Shown piece by piece: positions 35,392 through 44,827 of a DNA stretch of 64,000 nucleotides. The stretch is taken from contig CAXXKJ010000002.1 in NCBI GenBank assembly GCA_963675295.2, positions 3,264,001 through 3,328,000 on the forward strand, read 5' to 3'. The DNA comes from a bacterium. Its GTDB lineage: Bacteria; Electryoneota; Electryoneia; Electryoneales; Electryoneaceae. Made by a program: the position numbers and the translations under genes. Positions within the stretch are counted from its first letter, which is position 1; each line of letters starts with the position of its first letter. The notes beneath the pieces are model-generated. The model was not told where the DNA came from. It worked only from the letters and a program-made list of their open reading frames with translations, and did not search any database.

Positions 35392-37089
35392 ATGAAAATC
35401 ATCTTCAAGGCTGGTTTGTTCATGTTGCTTTTGGCGTGGGTCACCAACACCCACGCACAGGTCACCTTTACGATCAATCCGACCAATTTGACCTTTGGCG
35501 AAGTGCAGGTCAATGGGACGGTTGCCATCCCGCTAACGCTGACAAATCTTGGTGTGGAAGCTATCGAGGTCACCGGTGAAATCAGTGGAGCTCCAGATTT
35601 CACATTTGATGGCGAATCGGACGTCAGCCTGGTGATTGAACCGGGCATGAGTGATTCGAGTGTGTTCGTGTCTTTCACCCCGGTTCAACCTGGAAGCGTC
35701 ATGGCATCGGTAGATTTCACAATGCCCGGTGCCAATCCATCTTCGCTGACCTTACAGGCGACAGGATTCGGCGTTGAGACAATTGCAAACGACGCACTGA
35801 TTTCGTACCCGGATGCAGTGTCGTTCGGAACACTGCAGGTAGGAGGCCAGGAGGACGAATACCTCTTTCTTGTCAACACCACGGACAGCACTCTTTCCCT
35901 TGACCTGTCGACACTGGGTGCGGGATTCACTCTACTTTCTCCTGGTCAGGTTGACTTGCCGCCTGAGAACCAGGCCGGCGAAGAAGGCAATGTCACTGTT
36001 CTTTTCAATCCTCAATCGCCGGGGTCGTTTACCGGCTTCCTGGTTGTTGAGATGCCAGGAACTGGCTACGAGCCGTTGCGTGTTCCTTTAAGCGGGTTTG
36101 CACAGGATGGAACCAACGGGCCCGTGCTACAGCTCAGCGCTGAAGTAATCGATTTCGGTCCCGTAGAAGTTGGTGAAGCCGAAACCGTTCCGGTATACCT
36201 GATGAATCCGGGGACAGAGGATGTGCTGGTAAGTATTTCATCGGAGGGACTGGCTCTCCGTGTGGACGGTCCGAGTGTGCTCAGCATTCCGGCTGGATCA
36301 ATGGATTCCAGCAATGTGGTCTATGTCACTGCAGCGCCAACCCTCCCCAATGATTTTGGTGGAGTGGTCTGGTTTGCCAGCAACGATCTGATCGAACCCC
36401 TGCAGTATATCGAAGTGATCGGATACGGCACGATTGACGGTCAGGGTGGTGGAGTCGATCTCTTCTCGCTGCTCACCCCGGCAAACGAGGACACTGTCCG
36501 CAGCCTGCCGTTGGACTTCTCCTGGGAAGCGTATCCGATCAACCAGGACGAAACCGTGGAGTACGACCTGATCCTGAAGGGCGTCGATGAATCGGACTCA
36601 ACCATTGTCGATATCGTTGTGCCTGTTGGTGCGGACACCTCGATCAGTCTGGGCAGCGACGTTCTGGTTGATGGTATCGGGTACACGTGGCATGTGGTCG
36701 CAACCGTTTCAGCTGGCGGGTTCAGTGACTGGGTGCCATCGGACGAGCATTTCACATTTTACCTTGATTGGACGAGTATCAACAACCTCTCCGTTCAACC
36801 AGGAGCGCGGACGGCCCCAACTGTCGAACAGTTTGCTCTCGAATCGGTCTACCCGAACCCGTTTAATTCCAGCACCACGATCCGCTTGAACATTCCGCTT
36901 GGCAACCAGGTGAAGGTAGTCGTTTACGATGTTCTGGGTCGCGAGATCATACGTCTCGCTGATGGCTGGATGGAACCGGGGATTCACACCCTTACCTGGT
37001 CACCGAATGGCAGTGCCGGGGTGTACTTCCTTCGCCTTGAATCAACTGCGGGAAATGCCATCACTCGAAAACTAGTCTATATGAAGTGA
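35392..37089 (+). CDS. Secreted protein with three Ig-like (ASH/choice-of-anchor D-like) repeats and T9SS-type CTD
   Basis: LTFGEVQV, VSFGTLQV, IDFGPVEV repeats; VYPNPFN...YDVLGR...KLVYMK. Confidence 0.85.
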   Translation: MKIIFKAGLFMLLLAWVTNTHAQVTFTINPTNLTFGEVQVNGTVAIPLTLTNLGVEAIEVTGEISGAPDFTFDGESDVSLVIEPGMSDSSVFVSFTPVQPGSVMASVDFTMPGANPSSLTLQATGFGVETIANDALISYPDAVSFGTLQVGGQEDEYLFLVNTTDSTLSLDLSTLGAGFTLLSPGQVDLPPENQAGEEGNVTVLFNPQSPGSFTGFLVVEMPGTGYEPLRVPLSGFAQDGTNGPVLQLSAEVIDFGPVEVGEAETVPVYLMNPGTEDVLVSISSEGLALRVDGPSVLSIPAGSMDSSNVVYVTAAPTLPNDFGGVVWFASNDLIEPLQYIEVIGYGTIDGQGGGVDLFSLLTPANEDTVRSLPLDFSWEAYPINQDETVEYDLILKGVDESDSTIVDIVVPVGADTSISLGSDVLVDGIGYTWHVVATVSAGGFSDWVPSDEHFTFYLDWTSINNLSVQPGARTAPTVEQFALESVYPNPFNSSTTIRLNIPLGNQVKVVVYDVLGREIIRLADGWMEPGIHTLTWSPNGSAGVYFLRLESTAGNAITRKLVYMK

Positions 37090-37116
37090 TTCTCATCTAC
37101 GATCTTGATGATTTTT

Positions 37117-37147
37117 AAACGGTCTCGTAGAAAGCGGGACCGTTTTT
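37117..37147. terminator. Bidirectional terminator between convergent CTD genes
   Basis: AAACGGTCTCG...CGGGACCGTTTTT. Confidence 0.7.
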
Positions 37148-37149
37148 GT

Positions 37150-39909
37150 TTATCTCACCAGCATCACCTTGCGCACGGCCACATCGCCATGGTCTGTGCT
37201 TGCGCGGACGAAATACAGTCCCGACGCCAACCGGCTGCCGTCCACCAGCACCCGGTAGGTGCCCGCGCGTTGATCACCGTGCAGCAGCCGGTCGACACGC
37301 TGCCCGAGGATGTTGAACAGGTCCACCTCGACCCTGCCGGAACGCGGCAGGTCGAGCGTCAACACGCAGCTCGGGTTGAACGGGTTCGGCACCGCCGGGT
37401 GCAGCGCGAAGGATTGTGGCAGGGTGGTGCCGCCCTCCTCCTTCACCGCCAAATCAACCGCCTTCTCGAAGGTGAGGCTGTCCTCGCCATAGACCGTGTT
37501 TTCGTCCTCACGAACCTGCACGGTTATCGTGTATTCTCCAGCCGGAGCGGATGCAGGCAGAGTCAACGGCTGGCCATCCAGGAAAAGTTCATCTAGCGGA
37601 TCGAACGACTGCGTGAACCAGTCTTCGTCCATCGAATAGTTATCCGGGCCGGTAACGATCCTCCGAAAACTGAACTCCAGCGGCACGGACACATTCGACA
37701 TCGTGTACAGGTTGAACAGGTAGTCTCCTCCCTGTCCGGGCACAATCGTTCCCGGCGCCGGGGAGGTCAGGGTGACGGTTGCAATGGGTTGGGTTTGCGT
37801 AAACTGGTTGTAGGCGACCGAAAGCTTGTCATGGCCCGAAGATACGATATCCGGCAGCATATCCCCGTTCATATCAAGGACATAGAACCTGTTCAATTCA
37901 ATATTGGCAATCGGCAGTACGATGTCCCGGACATATGTCCCGCCCTGGTTCAGCCAATAGAAGGTGCGTCCCATACTATTCGAGACGATATCTGACAATC
38001 CATCCATGTTCAGGTCTGCTACCTGTGACAACTGGACGAGGCTGCCCGGAAACTGGTATTCCTGCGTATATGTACCGCTTCCATCATTCCGCCACACGTA
38101 AAAACCACTGTAATCCTCATACGTGAAATCTTCGTCACCGTCATGATCGAAGTCCGTGACTAGGCATTCGGAGAACAGATCCCCTTCGTACATGTCTACC
38201 AGTTGCCATTCTAGAGTTCCGGTACATTCAAAAAGCAGGAGTGGGTGGACGATACCTCCGGCACTGGAAACGATGAGATCAGGATCGCCGTCCTGATCCC
38301 AGTCTGTCGGGTAGACGAGGTTAAAAGGACCCGTTTCCGGCAGATTCAGTTCGTGGTAAATGTAGGTTGTCCCGTTCTGCTGGTTCTCATACCAAGCGAT
38401 TGGACCATTACTTAGCAGGATGTCGGTCAGTCCGTCTTGATTCATGTCCAACGTTTTGACGAAGTAGCAGGATTGGGCATCTTCGCTGAGCTGAAATGCC
38501 TCAAACTCCACAGTACCATTTTGGTCATACAGGTTGCGATAGATGGTGAGCGGCTGAAAGCTGCCTGTATCAATGATCACGTCCTGATCAGCGTCATCAT
38601 CGATATCGGCGATGTAGATCTCGTCAATAGCTGGTGTCGATGCATTGATGGAATGCCATTCCATCGTATTGTCCTGAAAGGCAACCCAGTTCAGCTGTCC
38701 CGACGAGTAGACCACCAGTTCCGGCTGATCATCGCTGTCCAGATCTCCGGCGGCAAACCTGTTAAAAACATCGCAGAGTACAGCGAAGTCATCAAAGTTG
38801 TCGTTCCGCCGCTGTTCGAAGACACGTTTGTAACCGGTGAACAGATCGAGCAGGCCATCGTCGTTGAGATCCACGATCCTGACGTCAAGTGAACCGTACG
38901 AATAAACGAGACGCTGGTTATAGTTGAAATCGCCGAGGTTTTTCGCCCAGAACACGCGTGTCGGAGTGCCGCTGGCAAGGTCGATGTCGCCATCATCGTC
39001 CAGATCCGCGGCGGCAAACCCGTAGATTTCGTCGAACACTTGGCCCAGGAACTGACTATTGAAACTGAACGGATCGCCGCCGGTTTGCTGCGTGAACAGT
39101 GTCACCTCACCGTTCTGCTGCGGAACGAAGATGTCTTGCAGCCCGTCAGCATTTGCATCAGCAATCGCAAGTCGAATCCATTCGCAATCGTTGCTCACGG
39201 TTGTCGATTGAAACCCGTCCTGTTCGTAGAGCACACGCAGATTCGATCCTTCGACAAACACCGCTTCCTCGCGACCATCTCCGTTCAGATCAACCATTTC
39301 GAGGCTGCGCAACGGCTCATCACCCTCGTAGATGACGGTATCGAGCAATGAACCGCCCCCCTGGTTCAGCAACAGGCGCAGGGAGGTGGTAGTGGTTGAC
39401 CCGGCGAGGATGTCGAGGTCGCCGTCTCCGTCGATATCGCCGGCGTCCAGCTGATTGGCCCCATCGACATCCGAGGCAAGGAACTGTTCGTAGAACTCGC
39501 CGTTACGCAGGTTGAGGAACACTTTGACAGCACCAAAGTCACGGAATGCAGCCAGCACGTCATCCCAACCGTCTCCGTTGAGGTCAACGACTCGCACACA
39601 GGCCGGATACGCATCGGCGTTAACGAACAGTTCATGCCCCTCGAACTGCATGTTGCCGAGGTTTTCTTTCCAGATGATCCGGTCCGGCGTGTACGGGAAG
39701 CTGTAGTTGTTGTGCGCGACGACGATGTCAAGGTCGCCGTCATGGTCGAGATCGCCGAAATCGGCCGAGGTGAGGTTGCTGTAGTCGAAGGAGATTGGGT
39801 TCAAAAACCGGATCGTATTTCCGAAAACTGAGGAAGACACAAGAAGTCCGGCGGTCAGAAGCAGCACTGCCATCAACCGGGTGAAGGTCTGGGAGGGTGT
39901 GATGATCAT
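37150..39909 (-). CDS. FG-GAP/VCBS repeat protein with Ig-like domain and T9SS-type CTD
   Basis: Many DxDxDGDxD repeats; AVPNPFNP...FNILGQ...RKVMLVR. Start inferred at MIITPSQ (alternative 39873). Confidence 0.88.
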   Translation of the reverse strand: MIITPSQTFTRLMAVLLLTAGLLVSSSVFGNTIRFLNPISFDYSNLTSADFGDLDHDGDLDIVVAHNNYSFPYTPDRIIWKENLGNMQFEGHELFVNADAYPACVRVVDLNGDGWDDVLAAFRDFGAVKVFLNLRNGEFYEQFLASDVDGANQLDAGDIDGDGDLDILAGSTTTTSLRLLLNQGGGSLLDTVIYEGDEPLRSLEMVDLNGDGREEAVFVEGSNLRVLYEQDGFQSTTVSNDCEWIRLAIADANADGLQDIFVPQQNGEVTLFTQQTGGDPFSFNSQFLGQVFDEIYGFAAADLDDDGDIDLASGTPTRVFWAKNLGDFNYNQRLVYSYGSLDVRIVDLNDDGLLDLFTGYKRVFEQRRNDNFDDFAVLCDVFNRFAAGDLDSDDQPELVVYSSGQLNWVAFQDNTMEWHSINASTPAIDEIYIADIDDDADQDVIIDTGSFQPLTIYRNLYDQNGTVEFEAFQLSEDAQSCYFVKTLDMNQDGLTDILLSNGPIAWYENQQNGTTYIYHELNLPETGPFNLVYPTDWDQDGDPDLIVSSAGGIVHPLLLFECTGTLEWQLVDMYEGDLFSECLVTDFDHDGDEDFTYEDYSGFYVWRNDGSGTYTQEYQFPGSLVQLSQVADLNMDGLSDIVSNSMGRTFYWLNQGGTYVRDIVLPIANIELNRFYVLDMNGDMLPDIVSSGHDKLSVAYNQFTQTQPIATVTLTSPAPGTIVPGQGGDYLFNLYTMSNVSVPLEFSFRRIVTGPDNYSMDEDWFTQSFDPLDELFLDGQPLTLPASAPAGEYTITVQVREDENTVYGEDSLTFEKAVDLAVKEEGGTTLPQSFALHPAVPNPFNPSCVLTLDLPRSGRVEVDLFNILGQRVDRLLHGDQRAGTYRVLVDGSRLASGLYFVRASTDHGDVAVRKVMLVR

Positions 39910-40062
39910 TGGATTGCTCACAATTAGTTGGCGGTGTCTGTCGAGCATTGGATGAGATAAGATAGCATGAAACTGGACTGGAAACCTGATACGGACGCTA
40001 TGGCCATCCACGACATGAATGTCGTGGGCATGGTCCAGGTATCCATCATCTTCAAACTGAGT

Positions 40063-40130
40063 GCCGCAATTCCGAAGCCCGCAGTCCATTGACCGCTGAC
40101 CGTTGACCGCTGACCGCAGCCCGCGGCCTG
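40063..40130. repeat. 7-nt tandem array (YTGACCG type)
   Basis: ttgaccg ctgaccg ttgaccg ctgaccg cagcccg cggcctg, with degenerate units upstream. Confidence 0.7.
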
Positions 40131-40194
40131 TTAACGTCCTTCTCAACAGTTGGCGAGAGGTGTGCTGGTGTATTAGCTTCTCCCGCAAGGATGG

Positions 40195-40779
40195 ATGAGG
40201 AAACCGAGGCCGATGCAACTGCTGGCGCAACTACTTCTCACCTTGTTTCTGAAGCGTAGCACGGGCACTCCGAAAAACAGCGATCTGAGCCGCTCTCCCC
40301 TGCTGCGGATGCGTTACCCGATCCGGACGACGCACCTGTTGCCGGGCCGTGTGCGGTTTCACGTGCCCGTTTTGGTCGGACGCAGGGACGACGCTGCGCG
40401 GATTGATGGCGCGATGCGGCGGATTCAAGGGGTACACGGTGTCGAGATCAATCCGGTCAGCGGCAGTGTGCTGATCGAGTTTGATCCGGAACGGCTGGAA
40501 GCGGAGATTCTGTTTGCCGCGTTGATTCGTCTCCTCGGTCTCGAGAAGGAGTTGAAGAAGACGCCGGTGTCGCTGGTCCGCAAGGAAGGTTGGGTCGCGT
40601 TGCAGTCGTTGAACCGTGCGGTGTACGACATGACCGCCGGAGTCATCGACCTGTATTCGGCGGCAGCGATCCTCGCCGGTGCGGCGGCGGTCAACCGTCT
40701 GGTGCTCAACCACCTGTCCCTGCCCGGCCTTTTGCTGTCGAGCTGGATGGTGCTGAACGCGCGCGGGAAACGCCCCTGA
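40195..40779 (+). CDS. HMA2-like heavy-metal-associated domain protein
   Basis: HLLPGRVRF...GVHGVEINPVSGSVLIEFD and a C-terminal hydrophobic segment; start uncertain. Confidence 0.75.
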   Translation: MRKPRPMQLLAQLLLTLFLKRSTGTPKNSDLSRSPLLRMRYPIRTTHLLPGRVRFHVPVLVGRRDDAARIDGAMRRIQGVHGVEINPVSGSVLIEFDPERLEAEILFAALIRLLGLEKELKKTPVSLVRKEGWVALQSLNRAVYDMTAGVIDLYSAAAILAGAAAVNRLVLNHLSLPGLLLSSWMVLNARGKRP

Positions 40780-40782
40780 TGA

Positions 40783-40917
40783 GTCCGTGTCCGCTTGCGG
40801 ACGCGGATTACACGGTTCAGAGGCCAAACGTATAAGTGCCCGTGTTTGCTTGCAAACGCGGATCAACCGCCGACTGGAAAGACTCGAGCGTCCGCGTCCG
40901 CAAGCGGACACGGGCAC
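40783..40917. repeat. Cluster of three REP-like hairpins (two direct, one inverted; BIME-like)
   Basis: CCGTGTCCGCTTGCGGACGCGG (in unit at 40783), GTGCCCGTGTTTGCTTGCAAACGCGG (40836), inverted GTGCCCGTGTCCGCTTGCGGACGCGGA (40891-40917). Confidence 0.85.
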
Positions 40918-40980
40918 TTTCTTGACCCGGGCCGACGACTTGTTTGAACCATCACTGCCTTTGAGCAGAAGAGGCATATC

Positions 40981-41265
40981 ATGACCATCAGTAACGATCA
41001 CCTGAGCGGCTTTGTCTTTGGCGTTGGTGCTGCCGCGGCGGCGTACTATTACTACCGCAAGAACCAGCCGCAGGTGGATGAATTCCTGCGCAAGCAGGGG
41101 ATCGAGCTGCCGACCCTGCAGACGCAGCGCGACGTGACGGACTGGTCGATTGAAGATTTGGTTCGAGAGAAGGAACGGTTGGAAGATCTGATCGCCGAGC
41201 GGGAGTTTTCCGGCAATGGATCTGAACCGTCCGGCATGCACACGACGTCGTCCACAACAGACTAG
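40981..41265 (+). CDS. Small membrane-anchored protein of the kind found in HMA2/metal-ATPase operons
   Basis: GFVFGVGAAAAAYYYYRKNQ..VDEFLRKQGI...EDL..EKERLEDLIAERE; AGAGG RBS. Confidence 0.75.
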   Translation: MTISNDHLSGFVFGVGAAAAAYYYYRKNQPQVDEFLRKQGIELPTLQTQRDVTDWSIEDLVREKERLEDLIAEREFSGNGSEPSGMHTTSSTTD

Positions 41266-41321
41266 CCAATCTGGCGATTGCCCCGTTTCCCCTGTCCCAC
41301 ACGGATTCGCGCAGGTGAATC

Positions 41322-42269
41322 GTGACCGAGAACTACGAAAGCAACAATCGGATCGTCCGGCGGGTCAGCGTCGTTGGTGGAGTGGTTAACCTGTCGTTAG
41401 CCATTGCCAAGGCAATCGGCGGATTTGTGTTCCACAGCCATGCGTTGCTGGCGGACGCTGTCGACTCGACCAGCGACCTGTTCACCGACATTGTGACCAT
41501 CACCGCTGTACGTTTCAGCCGCCGTCCGGTGGATCACAATCACCCATACGGTCACGGCCGCTTCGAATCCCTCGCCTCGCTGATCATCGCGACCGTCCTC
41601 TTTATTGCGGCGGGCTTGCTGGTTCATAACTCGCTGCACACACTGTTTGGCGGCAGGACAACTCCCGTCGGCTGGCCGGCGGCGGTGATCGCAGCGGTCT
41701 CGGTGGTAACCAAGGAAATCCTCTTCCGCTGGACGAAAGTCAACGCGAGGAAAACCCACTCGCCTGCATTGCTTTCGAACGCCTACCATCACCGCAGCGA
41801 CGCCTTCTCATCAATCACCGTGGTCATCGGTGTGACCGGCTCGGTATTGATCGAGAGCGCGTGGTGGCTGGACTCGGTGGCCTCGCTGGCAGTCAGCGGC
41901 TTCATTGTCGCGATGGGCGTGCGTATCGGCTTAAGCGCGATTCATGAGCTGACCGACATGGAACAGAACCCCGAGCTGGTCGGTGAGCTGGAGACGTTGG
42001 CAGAAACGGTACCGGAAGTGGTCAACGCACATCGCATCCGCACCCGACGGTACGGGTCACTGGTGTACGTCGATCTCGACATCGAGCTTCCACCGGCAAT
42101 GACGATTGAACAGGGCCACAGTGTCGCGCACACGGTCAAGGATTTGATTCTCGCGAAGTACGATTACGTCGCGGACGCACTGATCCACATCGAGCCGGAA
42201 GGCTCACGGCATGAGGGCGAGGGCGTGGTCCGTGGCGCACCCGAAGAAGGAGTTCCCAATGGCGGCTGA
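41322..42269 (+). CDS. Cation diffusion facilitator (FieF-like) transporter
   Basis: SHALLADAVDS, HPYGHGRFE, HHRSD, IHIEP. Confidence 0.93.
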   Translation: MTENYESNNRIVRRVSVVGGVVNLSLAIAKAIGGFVFHSHALLADAVDSTSDLFTDIVTITAVRFSRRPVDHNHPYGHGRFESLASLIIATVLFIAAGLLVHNSLHTLFGGRTTPVGWPAAVIAAVSVVTKEILFRWTKVNARKTHSPALLSNAYHHRSDAFSSITVVIGVTGSVLIESAWWLDSVASLAVSGFIVAMGVRIGLSAIHELTDMEQNPELVGELETLAETVPEVVNAHRIRTRRYGSLVYVDLDIELPPAMTIEQGHSVAHTVKDLILAKYDYVADALIHIEPEGSRHEGEGVVRGAPEEGVPNGG

Positions 42270-43164
42270 CAGCAGCCAGATTGTTGACCATAGCAGCAAC
42301 AACGAAAACCCCAAGCGAACGAAGAACCTGCCCTCTGATGTACTCGGCGACGGCACCGTCGGCGGCGAAATGGAAGCGCTGGTCGCCGTAATGCGACGGC
42401 TGCGGGCGGAAGACGGCTGCCCGTGGGATCGCGCCCAGACGCATGAATCCCTGCGCCCTTACCTGCTGGAAGAGACGTACGAGCTCCTCGACGCGATCGA
42501 CTCGGGCGACATGAACGAACTCCGCGACGAGCTCGGCGATGTGTTGCTGCAGATTGTTTTCCACGCCCAGATCGAAGCGGAAAAGGGCGGCTTCACCGTG
42601 GTCGATTCCATCCGTGCGATTCGGGAGAAGATGCTGCACCGTCACCCGCATGTGTTCGGTGAACGCAAGCTGGACACGCCGGACGAAGTCCGAGACGCGT
42701 GGGAAAAGATCAAGCTCGAGGATAAGAACAAGGAACAATCGGAAGAGCCGAAGAGCGTGCTCTCCGGTGTGCCGAAAACACTTCCCTCGCTGACACGCGC
42801 CTTCCGTGTGCAAGAGAAAATGGCTGGTGTCGGATTTGACTGGCCGGATGCGTCCGGCGCACTCGAGAAACTCGCCGAAGAAATGGACGAAGTCGCGGAA
42901 GCGGTGTTGCACGGCAATCGTGACGAGGCCGAGGAAGAACTGGGCGATTTGCTGTTCAGCGCGGTCAACGCCGCCCGTCTCGCCGGCTTTGCCGCCGAAG
43001 ACGCTCTGCGCCGCAGCACGGAAAAGGTAATCCGCCGCTTCCAAACCATCGAACGGCTCACCGCCGCGGACGGATACAGCGTCCACGAGCTCAACCTCGA
43101 CGAACTCGATTCTTACTGGGACAAGGCGAAAGAGATCGAACGCCGGGAGAAGCAGGCGAAGTGA
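42259..43164 (+). CDS. mazG: Nucleoside triphosphate pyrophosphohydrolase MazG
   Basis: GCPWDRAQTHESL, EETYE, ELGDVLLQ, GFDW, EELGDLLF. Confidence 0.95.
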   Translation: MAADSSQIVDHSSNNENPKRTKNLPSDVLGDGTVGGEMEALVAVMRRLRAEDGCPWDRAQTHESLRPYLLEETYELLDAIDSGDMNELRDELGDVLLQIVFHAQIEAEKGGFTVVDSIRAIREKMLHRHPHVFGERKLDTPDEVRDAWEKIKLEDKNKEQSEEPKSVLSGVPKTLPSLTRAFRVQEKMAGVGFDWPDASGALEKLAEEMDEVAEAVLHGNRDEAEEELGDLLFSAVNAARLAGFAAEDALRRSTEKVIRRFQTIERLTAADGYSVHELNLDELDSYWDKAKEIERREKQAK

Positions 43165-44258
43165 GTGTCGTCTGGATTTTTCTCGACGGTGTCGGGCTCG
43201 GTGTCGATGACCCCGCGATCAATCCGTGGGCGGCGGTCGAGGATCCAACGCTGATCGCGGTCAATGGCCGTGCGCCATCCTGGCCCGGAGCAGTGTGGAA
43301 GCCGTTGGACGCCAACCTCGGTGTTGACGGCCTGCCGCAGTCCGCGACCGGCACCACCGCATTGCTGACCGGCATCAACGCACCTGAAGCGTTGGGACGC
43401 CACCTCTCCGGTTTCCCGCCCCGAGAGCTGCAAGCCATTATCGCCGAGCATTCGGTACACAAGCAGGCGCTCGCGTGTGGGCTGAAACCAGCCTTCGCGA
43501 ACGCATACAACGAAGCCTACTTCAAGCGTCCGCCGTTCATGCAGTCGGTAACGACGCATGCCGTCCAGGCAGCCGGAATGCCGTTCCGGATGCTGGAGGA
43601 TTATCGCGCCGGGCGTGCGGTGTTCCATGATCTCACCGGTGAGATGATCCGCAGCCAGGGCAATTCCGGGAAGCTGCAGTATCCCGGTGCGCCGCCGGCC
43701 AAGTCTGTTCAGGCGGAAAAGTTCCGGAAACGGTTCGAACGCATCAGCCAACGAGCCAAGTTGAAAGGCGCGCCCTCCACCCCACCGGAAGCTGGATCGG
43801 GATCAGCTAGCGATCAGCCGAATACCAGTGAGGCAACATCGCCGGCCCCCGGACAATCCGAGTCCCTGCAGGATCTGGTCAAACGGGAACAGCTGCCGAT
43901 CATCGGCCCGGAAGAGGCCGCAAGCCGGATCGCGGGACTCGCCGCAGGGCATGATCTCGTGCTCTTCGAATACATCAAGACCGACCTCGCCGGGCATGCC
44001 CAGGACCGGATGTGGGCGGCGAGCGTGGTCAACGAGGTGATGACGTTTCTGCGCGCGCTGCTCGATGACCTCGACCCGGCCCGGGACACGTTGCTCATCG
44101 CCAGCGACCACGGCAACAGCGAAGACCTGAACGTTCGCAGCCACACCCGCGCGCCGGTACCCTCGGTGGCGGTCGGTCCGTTGGCCAGCGAGATCCTGAC
44201 CCCCTGCCGCGCGATCACTGATCTCGTGCCTGCCGTTATAAACGCCCTCTCAACGTGA
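43161..44258 (+). CDS. Alkaline phosphatase superfamily metalloenzyme (phosphoglycerate mutase/phosphopentomutase-like)
   Basis: FLDGVG, LPQSATG, TDLAGH, SDHGN, SHT. Confidence 0.85.
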   Translation: MSVVWIFLDGVGLGVDDPAINPWAAVEDPTLIAVNGRAPSWPGAVWKPLDANLGVDGLPQSATGTTALLTGINAPEALGRHLSGFPPRELQAIIAEHSVHKQALACGLKPAFANAYNEAYFKRPPFMQSVTTHAVQAAGMPFRMLEDYRAGRAVFHDLTGEMIRSQGNSGKLQYPGAPPAKSVQAEKFRKRFERISQRAKLKGAPSTPPEAGSGSASDQPNTSEATSPAPGQSESLQDLVKREQLPIIGPEEAASRIAGLAAGHDLVLFEYIKTDLAGHAQDRMWAASVVNEVMTFLRALLDDLDPARDTLLIASDHGNSEDLNVRSHTRAPVPSVAVGPLASEILTPCRAITDLVPAVINALST

Positions 44259-44371
44259 TCCACTACGGAAAAATTTCAGTCTCTCATGGAGTCTTTAAAG
44301 ACTTGCGCTCTTTTTGCACGTACACTATCTTGCCCTACAGCTAAGTCACCTAACGCATATGGAGGTGCAGG

Positions 44372-44770
44372 ATGAAGCAGGAAGCGTTCACACTCGCGTA
44401 TCACCGTCCGGACAAGGAAGATTTCGTGGCGCATTTTTCTCATCATTCCAAGCTTGTCGAGGAAGATGGCGCGTTGCTGTGGGAGGAATTGACGAAGCCA
44501 GAAGCGTACTTGCGCGCACTGGTTGCGACACGTGACCTGGAGTTGCCAGCAGTCGCAGGAATAGCCAAACTTGCCAAGTCTGTCGTAGTTCAGCAGTATG
44601 GCCCGATTGAGCAGCTGGACAAGAAGTTCTGGGACCGGATGAAGCAGTACATCGGCTGCGTGATGTATTCCGTCATGGTTGCCAACGGCTACAAAAAGAG
44701 TGGTCGGAAAAGGTCGGTACCGGAGGAATTCTTCAATAAAGCTGAATTGTATGAACCGGCTGGATCGTAA
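44372..44770 (+). CDS. Hypothetical protein
   Basis: GGAGG RBS, 132-aa ORF, followed by a terminator. Confidence 0.7.
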   Translation: MKQEAFTLAYHRPDKEDFVAHFSHHSKLVEEDGALLWEELTKPEAYLRALVATRDLELPAVAGIAKLAKSVVVQQYGPIEQLDKKFWDRMKQYIGCVMYSVMVANGYKKSGRKRSVPEEFFNKAELYEPAGS

Positions 44771-44773
44771 CAA

Positions 44774-44805
44774 CAAAGCCCGGACCGAAAGGTCCGGGCT
44801 GATTT
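44774..44805. terminator. Bidirectional terminator
   Basis: AGCCCGGACC-GAAA-GGTCCGGGCT between convergent genes. Confidence 0.8.
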
Positions 44806-44827
44806 CTGTAGGTTGGTTTGCTGAATA

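Noticed and set aside
39910-40230. N-terminal extension of the 1026-aa FG-GAP ORF
   Set aside because: It translates the heptamer array and promoter region; the signal peptide begins near 39909.
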